Positions 9,567 through 21,474 of a DNA stretch of 64,000 nt are shown in pieces. Every line of letters starts with the position of its first letter. Positions within the stretch are counted from its first letter, which is position 1. A model generated the notes under the pieces. It had not been told where the DNA came from. It did no database searches and was given only the letters and a program-made list of their open reading frames with translations. The DNA comes from an uncultured Trueperaceae bacterium (GTDB lineage: Bacteria > Deinococcota > Deinococci > Deinococcales > Trueperaceae): positions 256,001 through 320,000 of the forward strand of contig CAVSGP010000002.1 of NCBI GenBank assembly GCA_963727505.1. Direction: 5' to 3'. A program made the translations under genes and the position numbers.

Positions 9567-11007
9567 TCATACCTGTCGGCCCAGCCGCACCATCACCTCG
9601 AGGCAGCGCTCCACATCCGCGTCGGTCGTGGCCCAGGAGGAGACCGAGATGCGCATGGCCGTACGCCCCTGCCACTCGGTGCCGCCGCACCAGCAGGTGC
9701 CGTCCTCCTGCAGCGCCCGGATGACCGCGCGGGTGCGCTCATGCGTGCCGAAGGAGACCAGCACCTGATTGAGGACCACCTCGTTGAGGACCTCGAAACC
9801 GGCCGCCTCCAGGCCCTCGGCGAAACGTCGGGCGTGCCGGCAGGCGCGCTCGACCAGGGACCGCACGCCCGACCGGCCCAACCGTTTGAGCGCGGCCCAC
9901 ACCTCCACGCCGCGGGCGCGGCGCGACAGCTCGGGCGTGAAGTCCGAGGGGTCGCGCGCGCCGGGTTCCGGAAGGTAGGCGGCCGTCACCGCCATGGCGG
10001 CCTGCAGCGCCGCGGGCTCCCGCACCAGCGCGATGCCCGAGTCGTAGGGCACGTTCAGCCACTTGTGGAAGTCGGTCGCCCAGGAATCGGCGAGGTCGAG
10101 CCCCGCGGCCAGCTCGCGCAGCGCCGGGCTCACGCGCGCCCACAACCCGAACGCGCCGTCCACGTGCACCCAGGCGCCCGCTTCGTGGGCGCGCGGGATG
10201 ATCTCGTTGAAGGGATCGAACGCGCCGGTGTTGACGTTGCCGGCCTGCAGGATGACGATGGTCGGGCCCTCGAGGTCGGGGAGCCGGTCGGCCCGGAACC
10301 GCCCCTGCTCGTCGGCGGGCACCGCCTCCACCCGGTCCTTGCCCAGGCCCAGCAACCCGAGCGACTTGCGCACGGTGGGGTGCATCTCGCCGCCCACCAC
10401 CACCCGGATCGGCGGCGCTCCGAAGAGGCCGTCGGCCTCCACGTCCCAGCCGGCACGCTCGAGCACCGCGTGCCGCGCGGCCGCCAGCGCCGTGGCGTTG
10501 GCGACGGTGGCGCCGGTCACGAAGCCGGCGCCGGTACCGGCGGGCAGAGCGAAGAGCTCGCGCAGCCAGTCCAGCGCCACCGCCTCGAGCGTAGCGGTGC
10601 CCGGCGCGATGTGGTGGTAGCAGCTGTTCTGGTCCCACGCCGTCGCCAGCGTGTTCGCCGCCAGCGTGACCGGAAGGGCGCCGCCACACACGAAGCCGAA
10701 GAAGCGGCGACCGGCGATGCCGAGCGTCGCCGGGGACGCCACCTCGTCGAGCAGATCGAGCACCTCGGCGGGGTCGGTGGCCTGCTCGCCCAGGGGCTCG
10801 TGCAGGCGCTCGAGGCCGGCCACGGCCGCCGCGTCCGGCTGGACGCCGCGCGCGTCCAGAGCGTCGAGGTAGCCCGCGGCCCGTGTCGCCGCGTCGTGCA
10901 ACAGCGCCGCCGTCGCGGCGGCGTCGAGATCTTCGGCCTGCTCGTTCCGTGGCGGGGGCCGGCCGGCCGATGTCGCCGGGACGGGACGCGTTCTCTGGAC
11001 CTTCCAT
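9567..11007 (-). CDS. Group II PLP-dependent (aromatic amino acid) decarboxylase, with apparent frameshift near 10950
   Basis: RFFGFVCGG, WDQN, GNVNTGAFD, WVHVDGAFG, SWATDFHKWLNVPYD (PLP Lys). The strong GAGGAGG RBS and ATG at 11007 are in a different frame. Confidence 0.85.
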
Positions 11008-11141
11008 GATCGCTCCTCCTCACCGGCGCGGACGCGCGCCGGCAAGAAGCGGACGCCGGCGGAGCGGCGTCCACGGGTCGCGGGGCAGCGGTGTTCCCGG
11101 CCACGGGGTTGTTGGCCACGCGGTTCGGGGTGGCCGCCCAT

Positions 11142-11465
11142 TCAAGCCAAGTACGCCTCGCGAAGCGGTGAGAAGATCTCGATGACCTCGCTGTCCTCCA
11201 GCGCCTCCACGGCGTGCTCGACGCCGCCCGGGATGCACCAGCTGTCGCCCGATCCGACGACAGACGTCTCTCCGGCGATGGTGAAACGCGCCTTCCCACT
11301 GACCATGAAGCCCGTCTGCTCGTGTGGATGGCGGTGGGGTGGCAGCCCGCTCCCTTCCGCCAGCTTGAACCTGAGCATCATGGTTTTCTCGCCCTGCACA
11401 AGGTTCTTCAGCACGATGCCTTCGGCTGCCTGGCGATACCCGTCCTCGCTATGGATGGTGACCAT
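11142..11465 (-). CDS. Cupin domain protein
   Basis: PPHRHPHEQ, IPGGVEH, IFSPLREAY. Confidence 0.9.
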   Translation of the reverse strand: MVTIHSEDGYRQAAEGIVLKNLVQGEKTMMLRFKLAEGSGLPPHRHPHEQTGFMVSGKARFTIAGETSVVGSGDSWCIPGGVEHAVEALEDSEVIEIFSPLREAYLA

Positions 11466-11515
11466 GGACGAGCATAGACGAATTCAAGCGCTCGTCGGCG
11501 GCGCAGCGGGAAGGG

Positions 11516-12097
11516 TCAGCGGGCTTCGATCAAGCGGATGGTGGTGCGGTCACCCTCGTCGCCATACTGGCTGGAACAGGGGAAGGGCAGGTCCTCCGCC
11601 AGCGCCATCTCGATGGGTGCGCTGCCGTCGTCCATCTCGAGCCGTAGCACCACGCACTCGTGGCCGGCGATGGTCTCGCTCTTGTCCATGAAGACGCTTC
11701 CCATCCCGGCCACCCGCACCGGCTCGCTGCGCACGTGGATGTCCTCCTTGCCCAGCAGCATCGGCAACATCATGAAGCCCGGACCGTAGAACACCATCAT
11801 CGGACCGAGGGCCAGCACGCCCAGCATGGAGCCGCCCAGCGCGGCCGTGTTGAGGTCGTCGTGGGAGACCCCGGTCTGGGTCACCTTCATGGTGGTGGCG
11901 GTGTCGTAGCTGTCGCCCTTCTGGGTGATGTCGAGCGTGATGGTCGCGGTCTGGGATCCGTCCCCGCTGTCGACCGAAATCTCCCAGGTGTAGCTGTGGT
12001 TGCCGGTGGGGAAGGTATCTGGATTCCACTGGAAGGCCAGCGCAGATCCGGTGGCGAGCAGGGCCACCGCGGCCATGAGGCGGATGGTGGTACGCAT
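11516..12097 (-). CDS. Hypothetical secreted protein
   Basis: Sec signal (…GSALA|F), GAGGGG RBS, coding-like composition. No family recognised. Confidence 0.7.
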   Translation of the reverse strand: MRTTIRLMAAVALLATGSALAFQWNPDTFPTGNHSYTWEISVDSGDGSQTATITLDITQKGDSYDTATTMKVTQTGVSHDDLNTAALGGSMLGVLALGPMMVFYGPGFMMLPMLLGKEDIHVRSEPVRVAGMGSVFMDKSETIAGHECVVLRLEMDDGSAPIEMALAEDLPFPCSSQYGDEGDRTTIRLIEAR

Positions 12098-12127
12098 AGG
12101 GTGCCCCTCCTATAGGACCCCTCCAAT

Positions 12128-13342
12128 CTAGCGCGCGAGTTGCGATCGGGCGCGGGCGGGCGCACGCATGGGTAAACGCGCCGCGACAGCTCGGTTCGCG
12201 ACCGACCCGCCGGACATCCAGCTGACGTCGTAGCGCGGCACGGCGCGCGGGATCCGGGTTCCACGCACTTCGGCTGGTACGTCGACGAACTGCCCGGCGA
12301 TCCCGAGCGCTCCGCAGCCCGTCTCCCAGTTGGCGCACCAGATCCCCAGCGCCACCGGCGCGTAGAAGCGCGACGTCGTGGAGGCGTAGAAGTCCATCCG
12401 GACCCCCTGCCCTACCTTCGCGCCGACGGCCCGGGTCGTCTGGCCGTTGTAGGACGACGGCGACCACCGGCATGCCTCGAAGCAGCGCCCGAAAGCCGCG
12501 AACGGTGGGGCGGTGACGGCGAGGGGCTCGCGCAGCTCGGCATCGGCGAAGAACAGCGATGCCAGCGGCAACCGCCAGCGCATGGAACGCGTCATGAGGC
12601 GCACGATCGTAGGCACGTAGCGCGACCGGTAGCCGAGGGCACAAACGCAGACGATGTGATCGGTCTCGAGATCGATGCGGTCGCCCAGGTGGCGGAGGAT
12701 GCTGGCATGGTCGGCCCCGGGGCCGATCCAGCACGTCGCCACGCCCAAGCGCGTGGCGTCCAGGACGACGCGCTGCAGACTCCGGCCGACATCGACGATG
12801 GCCGTGCGGTCGTACGCCCGCGGCCCGATCGCCACCAGGAACTCGTGGGCGCCGACCACGGGCCACACCGTGAGGGGCGCGGTGATGAACTCGAAGCGGA
12901 TGGGCCGGTCCCCGATCAGGACGTCGGGCGACGTGTTCGCGCGCACCGACGCCAGGATCGCCTGCCGATGCGCGTCGGTGAGGTCGCGGCGTTGGAACGA
13001 GCGGCACGAGCGCCGCGCGCGCATGAGGTCGAAGGCGTCGAGACCGTCGAGCGGCCGGGGTAGGGGCTCGGCCGGCCGGAATCCCAGCTTGATGGTGACG
13101 ACCTCGAAGGCGAAGAGGGCGAGCGACAGGCCGCCCAGGCTCAGCGGAGTCCAGAACAGGGCGATCGGCACTGCCCCGATCAGCCGACCCACCGCCGCCA
13201 CCAGTAGCAGTACGACCGCCACCAGGGCAACCGGAACGTACTGGAGCCAGCCCGTGAACTGGAGGCGGAGCTTGATCTTCCATAGCCGCCCGAACACGCC
13301 ACCGCGATCGCCCAGATCCTTCGCCGCCCGCATCTGCGCCAC
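12128..13342 (-). CDS. Membrane-anchored nitroreductase-family protein (two nitroreductase lobes)
   Basis: ARRSCRSF, LGVATCWIG, second lobe RWSPSSYNGQ. Two N-terminal TM helices. Confidence 0.8.
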   Translation of the reverse strand: MAQMRAAKDLGDRGGVFGRLWKIKLRLQFTGWLQYVPVALVAVVLLLVAAVGRLIGAVPIALFWTPLSLGGLSLALFAFEVVTIKLGFRPAEPLPRPLDGLDAFDLMRARRSCRSFQRRDLTDAHRQAILASVRANTSPDVLIGDRPIRFEFITAPLTVWPVVGAHEFLVAIGPRAYDRTAIVDVGRSLQRVVLDATRLGVATCWIGPGADHASILRHLGDRIDLETDHIVCVCALGYRSRYVPTIVRLMTRSMRWRLPLASLFFADAELREPLAVTAPPFAAFGRCFEACRWSPSSYNGQTTRAVGAKVGQGVRMDFYASTTSRFYAPVALGIWCANWETGCGALGIAGQFVDVPAEVRGTRIPRAVPRYDVSWMSGGSVANRAVAARLPMRAPARARSQLAR

Positions 13343-13427
13343 GGCCCGCCCTCACTCTCGACGTGCCCGCTCGTCCGCTACCCTCAGGGGCAGCGCGAGC
13401 GACTCCACGGTAGCCGAACGCAGGTTT

Positions 13428-13451
13428 TATTGCAAGCCTTCACTTACAATA
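13428..13451. promoter_or_regulatory. Putative TetR operator between the divergent nitroreductase and tetR genes
   Basis: TATTGCAAG-N6-CTTACAATA, an AT-rich inverted repeat with 8/9 match. Confidence 0.6.
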
Positions 13452-13504
13452 GATGCGGGTGCCAACCGTGCAACCGCGGCGCGGGCGCTACCAGGCAGGA
13501 GAGC

Positions 13505-14065
13505 ATGCCCAAGGTCATCGACGTCGACGAGCTCTACCGAGTCACCGTCCGCCTCTTCAGCGAGCGCGGCTACGACGCCGCCACCACGCAGGAGATCGCG
13601 GCTCATGCGGGTGTGAGCGAGGTGACGCTGTACCGCCGCTTCGGCACCAAAGCGGCGCTGGTAGCGGCCGCCCTGCATCACGTGCTCGCCGACGCACCCT
13701 TCGGCAAGGTCGAGGCCAGTGGCGACGTCCGCGCCGATCTCATCGCCATCGCACAGGCGTACGCCGAGACGAACCGGGCCTTCGGCGACGCCGTTATCAC
13801 CCTACTGACCGACATCCCCCGCCACCCCGAGCTGCGCCAGGCCATCCCCACGCTGCTGCCGAACCTACAACGCGCGGCACACATCGTGGCGACGCACCAG
13901 GAGCGCGGCGCGATCGCACCGGGCGATCCCCTGCAGAAGGTGGTGGCGCTGATCGCACCCCTGCTGGCGGAGGGCCTGTGGCGACGGGTCGGAGCGGGCG
14001 TGGCAGTGCCTGCCTTCGATCCTGTGGCGGTGGCGGACGCGTTCCTGCGGGGGCACGGGACCTAG
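13505..14065 (+). CDS. TetR/AcrR family regulator
   Basis: LFSERGYDAATTQEIAAHAGVSEVTLYRRFGTKAAL helix-turn-helix. AGGAG RBS. Confidence 0.95.
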   Translation: MPKVIDVDELYRVTVRLFSERGYDAATTQEIAAHAGVSEVTLYRRFGTKAALVAAALHHVLADAPFGKVEASGDVRADLIAIAQAYAETNRAFGDAVITLLTDIPRHPELRQAIPTLLPNLQRAAHIVATHQERGAIAPGDPLQKVVALIAPLLAEGLWRRVGAGVAVPAFDPVAVADAFLRGHGT

Positions 14066-14238
14066 AAGCGCGGGGTGGCGATCCCCTGGCGGTAGGCATC
14101 GGCGATCAGCACGGCATCGGATTGCTCGCCGATGACCCGCGGGACCTGGAACGCTTGACGCTGAAAACGCAAAGGGCGCGGCGACCACGGATGTGGCGCG
14201 CCGCGCCCAGCGGAGCTCTAGCGGAAGTTCGGAAGTGT

Positions 14239-16005
14239 CTAGCGGCTCGCCATGAGGGTTACGCCCGCGGATGCGACGACGGAGAGCTGATCAGCCGTAA
14301 CGGTCAGCGGATCGATGAGACCAGCGTAGGTAGTCTGGTAAGGGAGCGCCCCGAGATCAGGCGCAGCGCCGCTGTAAGGGAGGCCCACATCGGTGCCTGC
14401 GGCGATAGCAGGGCTATCGGATCGCAGACTCAGGAACGATGCCTGACCCGGATCGGTGCTGTTGAAGCCAGGATCGCTAATCCCAAGGTCCCAGCTGTTG
14501 CTGGCAGAATCGGAACCCCACATGCCGGGGGCGCCGTCATAGGCGATATTGTTCCGCAGCACCGTGGTGCTACCGCCGATGAAAGCGTAACCACCATTAC
14601 CGAACGCGGTGTTGTTGTAGAAGTGCACGTCCCAGCCACTGTTCTCATCGAATCCGGCGGCCCGATTGTTGAAGGCGATGGAATTACGCACCATAGTGTG
14701 CTCATTGCCAGCGCCCCCGCCAGCCTTGATACCGTTGCCATTGCCATACGCGCCGCGGCCATTGTCATGACTGATGACGTTCTCGACGAGGGTGTTGGTC
14801 GAGCGCCAGGTGTCCACCCCGTCATCGGAGTTGCCGTAGAACAAGCTGAAGGCGATGACGTTGCCGTCGCCGGAAGACAACCCGATGCCGTCAGCATCGT
14901 CACCGATCTTGCCTGAAGGGTTGTGCAGGTCGTAGTTGCCGTAGGCGGTCACATACAGATAGTGGTTACGGTCGGCAGCGATGTTCTGAAAGCCGCTGAG
15001 CTCATTGTCGTGGCTCACCAGATTGATGAGCAAGTTATCGTGACCGTCGCGCACCACCACACCCTGCTGGGGACTATGCTGCACCTCGAAGTTGGCCAGC
15101 ACATTCCAACTCGCCCCGGACAGAGCCAGGTAGGCGTTGTCCTGACCGGGCACCAGATTGCTGCCGTCGAACACCGCCCACTCACCGGGATACGACGTCC
15201 ACACGATCGGGGCACTCTGCGTCCCCGACCGGGTGAACCGCTGCTGGATCGGATAGACACCACCACGCAGGTAGACCACGTCACCAGGCTGCACCACATC
15301 AGCAGCATGCTGCACAGTACGGAAGGCCTGATCGGCACTACGACCGGTGTTGCTGTCAGAACCCGCAGAATCCACGAACAACGTCGCAGGCGGGACCGAC
15401 CAGAAACTACCCGTCGGTCCCGGCACCGGAGTAGGATCAGGAGCCGGAGTCGGGTCGGGAGTCGGGGCCGGAGTCGGGGCCGGCGAGGGGTCGGGCGAAG
15501 GCGTCGGATCCGGTGCCGGAACCGGCGAAGGATCAGACGCCGAACCGTTGCGCACCACGAAACGACCCGTGATCACCGGCGCCGTACCACGACTCACCGT
15601 AGCCACAGCGGTCAGCGCATGCGCCCCATCCGACAACGTCACAGTATCCAACGTCATCGCGAACGGAGAACCATCCGCCACGCGTGTGGCAGCACCCTCA
15701 CACGCCACATCATCCAGATAGAAAGCCACCGACTGAATCCGCGGATTATCCCGCACGGACACAGTCACAGCACCAGAGATCGTCGCTCCATCCAACTCCT
15801 TCGCATCGATCGTAGTCGTCGACTGCGACACCACCATCAACTGGAGAGACTCCGCCGACAACGCATCCGGCGCCGTCCCACAAGCCGCCATCAACACCAT
15901 CACGAGCGCGCCAACCGCCCACAGCCACACGCGCCGCGCTCGGACTGACGTCAGAAGGGTTGCAAAGGGGGTCTTTCGATCCGCATTCGTAAGCATCCGA
16001 ACCAT
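14239..16005 (-). CDS. Lipoprotein with Ig-like domain, Pro-rich linker and right-handed beta-helix (PL9 pectate-lyase-like) domain
   Basis: Lipobox-like LMAAC, (PD/PT/PA)n linker, GSDSNTG..AFRTVQHAAD..PGDVVYLRGGVY, NSDDGVD, GNGNGIKAGG, APDLGA. Confidence 0.8.
   Translation of the reverse strand: MVRMLTNADRKTPFATLLTSVRARRVWLWAVGALVMVLMAACGTAPDALSAESLQLMVVSQSTTTIDAKELDGATISGAVTVSVRDNPRIQSVAFYLDDVACEGAATRVADGSPFAMTLDTVTLSDGAHALTAVATVSRGTAPVITGRFVVRNGSASDPSPVPAPDPTPSPDPSPAPTPAPTPDPTPAPDPTPVPGPTGSFWSVPPATLFVDSAGSDSNTGRSADQAFRTVQHAADVVQPGDVVYLRGGVYPIQQRFTRSGTQSAPIVWTSYPGEWAVFDGSNLVPGQDNAYLALSGASWNVLANFEVQHSPQQGVVVRDGHDNLLINLVSHDNELSGFQNIAADRNHYLYVTAYGNYDLHNPSGKIGDDADGIGLSSGDGNVIAFSLFYGNSDDGVDTWRSTNTLVENVISHDNGRGAYGNGNGIKAGGGAGNEHTMVRNSIAFNNRAAGFDENSGWDVHFYNNTAFGNGGYAFIGGSTTVLRNNIAYDGAPGMWGSDSASNSWDLGISDPGFNSTDPGQASFLSLRSDSPAIAAGTDVGLPYSGAAPDLGALPYQTTYAGLIDPLTVTADQLSVVASAGVTLMASR
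15416..15540 (-). repeat. Pro-Thr/Pro-Asp low-complexity linker repeats
   Basis: DPSPVPAPDPTPSPDPSPAPTPAPTPDPTPAPDPTPVP. Confidence 0.85.
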
Positions 16006-16039
16006 CTCCCGTGGTCGGAATGCAACCTGGTCCTACCCC

Positions 16040-16113
16040 GGTCGGTTGCATCACTGGCTCCCCGCGTCCCTTGATGCCCAGGTCGGGAACAGCGGATCAT
16101 CGCCTCCGGGACC
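16040..16113 (-). ncRNA. c-di-GMP-II riboswitch
   Basis: Minus strand GGUCccGGAGGCGAUGAuccgc..ccUGGGCAUCAAgggacgcggGGAGCCAGUGAUGCAACCGACC. Conserved UGGGCAY and GAGCYAGUNRUGCAACCGAC segments, GCAUCA/UGAUGC pseudoknot, GGUC/GACC closing stem. 35 nt upstream of the CDS. Confidence 0.8.
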
Positions 16114-16748
16114 CCCCAAAAGGGGGAGCCATTGGTTTTCCTTGGGAGCTTGCACCGGCACGCCAGCGGAACGACGAGACCAAGCACAGCAAAGCCCTCG
16201 ACCGGTTGCGCCACTAGCTCGGCTCGTTCCAAGCGCCCAAGGATTACAGAACGAGCGTCAACGCCTTCGAGGTACTACACGCGCCCATCAAGAAACGCGC
16301 TAACCCAAGAGTACCACCACCACACCAATACGGAGAGAGAACGCCCACACACACAGGCGATTCGAGCGACTTGCCTTCCAGGACAGACTTCCTGCCACGC
16401 CGACCGTGAACGGCGCCAACAACGCCGCGGGACATTTCGCCCTTGACGGGAGCCCCCCGAAGTTCGGTTGCCCCCTCCACCGGCAGCGTCGCTCCGCGTT
16501 CCAACTCCACGCTGACGATGTAAATCTCACCGTCCTCGACGTTCTCCGTGGCGTGCGTCGCCAACGAGCTGGGCCGCGGCTCCGTGCAGTCCCGGTCGAC
16601 GATGTCGACCTGCGCTGCGCGTCGCCTGCTCCCCATCGCCTGCTCCCCCAAGAACGACGGTAGACGGGGCGGCGAGACGGCGGAGTGACACCGCCTGGGG
16701 GTCCCAGACCGCAACGAGCGTCCCCTATACTCTCCTGCAAGGAGGCGC

Positions 16749-17496
16749 ATGCGCGACGTGGAACGCGGCCTGTCGCAGGAGCAGCGGCTGATGCGCCAAT
16801 CCTGCCGAAGCTTCGTGAACGAGACGGTGACGCCCTTATCGCCGAGGAGGTCGCACGCGGGGACTCCGGCCTGGCCGACAAGCTCTCTCAGGTCTAGAAG
16901 GTCAGCGTACTGCTGCGCAACATCGCCCCGCGCCACCTGCAGGAGCGGTGGTTCCCGGAGCTCGTCGGCGATCGAGCTTCCTCCTTGCCCACTGCCTGAC
17001 CGAGAACGACGCGCTCTCCAAGGCGGGCGTGTACTTCAAGCCCGACAAGATCCTTCAAGCCGCCAAGAACCTCGGCGTCGGCATGGCCGCCTTCGAGCGG
17101 ACCGCCGAGTACGTCCAGACCTACGTGCAGGGCGGCAAGATCCTCATCAAGCACCAGGCCGTGGCGCTGCGGCTGGCGGCCATGGCGACCAAGCTGAGCG
17201 CGGTGCGCGCGCTGCTCCGGGAGGCCGCGCGCGAGGTCGATGCACGCGGCCCGGACGCGGACCCGCTGTGCAACATGACGAAGGTCTACGCCTCGGAGGA
17301 GATCTTCGAGGTCGCCAAGCACGCCGTGGAGCTGCACGGCGGCTCCGGCATGATGCTGGAGCAGGGCATCGAGAAGCTCTTCCGCGACGCCGCCATCTTC
17401 CTCCACATGGACGCCACCGTCGACATCTCGAAGTTCAAGATCGTGAAATCGATGTTCCCGGACACGGCAGGGACCTACGCCGGGGTGGAGGGGTAG
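16749..17496 (+). pseudogene. Acyl-CoA dehydrogenase pseudogene with internal deletions and a nonsense codon
   Basis: AAGGAGG + MRDVERGLSQEQRLMRQSCRSFV, then IAEEVARGDSG..V*(TAG 16895)KV, LAHCLTE joined directly to the C-terminal domain (YVQGGKILIKHQAV, ELHGGSG, EKLFRDA). Confidence 0.85.
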
Positions 17497-17694
17497 GCAG
17501 AAGCGGGCGACTCGGCCCCTAGCTGCTGCTCTTCCCCGGCGAGGGGATCACGGCCTACCGCGGCCATGCCAACGTGTGGGGCGTACCCGGTTGGCTGGAA
17601 GCGGAAGGCCCCGCATCCGCAGCTCTCCCCATTCAGTCCAAGCGCTTACCCTTCCCTCCAACGCTTGCCGGAAAGCGAGTGACCTCAGCCGAGC

Positions 17695-20244
<2,550 letters not shown>

Positions 20245-21306
20245 TTACTGGGAGATGGCGTCGTAAACGCGCGTGTCCACGGCGTCGGAGAAGCTCACCG
20301 GGTTCTTGAGCAGGCCGACCTTCACCAGCAGACCTACCGAGCTGTCGAAGGCCGCCTTGTCGAGGTGCCCGATCTTGGTGTCGGCAGCGGGCTTGACGAG
20401 CTTCGCCACCTCGGCCATCTGCCAGGTCTGGTGGATCACCGGGCTCTGGCGCGTGCCTGAGCCAGCACAGGTATCACCGCAGTGCTTGAGAACGAGGTCG
20501 ACCGCTTCCTTCTGGTGATCGATGGCATACTGCCAACCCTTGATGCTCGCCCTGAGGAAGCGTTCGGCGACCTGCATGCCGGTGAGCCCCGAGCCCTTGA
20601 AGTTGGTGCTGCTGAGCACCTTCGGCGTGGTGAAGATGTTGTCCTCGAGGAGGTTCGCGCCGACGTCTGCGGGGTTGAGGATGACCAACGAGTCGAGCGG
20701 GTACCCGAGCCCCACGATCTGGTCGAGCTCGTTGTAGGTCATGGCGCTCGCGACGTCGACCTTGTTGGGGAACACCAACGAGGGGTCGAAGGCGTACACC
20801 ACGGTCTTGACGTCGGGGTTCTTGACCGTGGGATCGAGGTTGGAGGTGAAGCCGGCGGCGGCGAAGACCGCCTGCGCCGCGAACTCGTTGCCGAAGCCCC
20901 ACACGCCAACGGTCTTGCCGGCGAGGTCCTGGATGCTGCGGATGCCGGAACTCTTGAGAGCGACCATCCGGTAGCCCGAGTCCTGGAAGATCTGCGCGAT
21001 CGTGACGACGTCGAGACCCTTCTCGCGCTGCGCCAGCATGTTGGCGACCCAGTCGGTACCGAAGTCGGCGTTGCCAGAGCCGACCTGCACGGTGGGGTTG
21101 ACGTTGCCGCCGTCGAGGATGTTGACGTCGAGCCCTTCGTCGGCGTAGAAACCCTTGTCCTGCGCCACGAAGTAGCCGGCGAACTGCGCCTGCGGGAACC
21201 ACTTCGATTGGAAGTTGATCTTGATCAAGTTCTGCGCCATGCCGAAGGGCAGGCCCAGAAGCGCGAGCGCGAGCAGGGTGAAAGCTGCGCGGGAGAATCG
21301 TCTCAT
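20245..21306 (-). CDS. ABC transporter substrate-binding protein, NMT1/THI5-like (probably pyrimidine/nucleoside uptake)
   Basis: Signal peptide, KWFPQAQFAGYFVAQDKGFY, SAMTYNE, FLRASIKGWQYA, HQTWQM. Confidence 0.9.
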   Translation of the reverse strand: MRRFSRAAFTLLALALLGLPFGMAQNLIKINFQSKWFPQAQFAGYFVAQDKGFYADEGLDVNILDGGNVNPTVQVGSGNADFGTDWVANMLAQREKGLDVVTIAQIFQDSGYRMVALKSSGIRSIQDLAGKTVGVWGFGNEFAAQAVFAAAGFTSNLDPTVKNPDVKTVVYAFDPSLVFPNKVDVASAMTYNELDQIVGLGYPLDSLVILNPADVGANLLEDNIFTTPKVLSSTNFKGSGLTGMQVAERFLRASIKGWQYAIDHQKEAVDLVLKHCGDTCAGSGTRQSPVIHQTWQMAEVAKLVKPAADTKIGHLDKAAFDSSVGLLVKVGLLKNPVSFSDAVDTRVYDAISQ

Positions 21307-21474
21307 GTCTCCTCCTCCACGTTGGTCCTTCGGGTCGGAAGCCGTGCACGCGTCCGGGATCGGCCGACGGCGTCCGTGAGAAGTGGATTTGCCCGCGGCG
21401 TGAGGTGCCTGGCTCGAAGGACGGGAAGGGGCACGGCGGCACCGCAGGCGGGCGGCTGTCGTCAGGGACCCATA

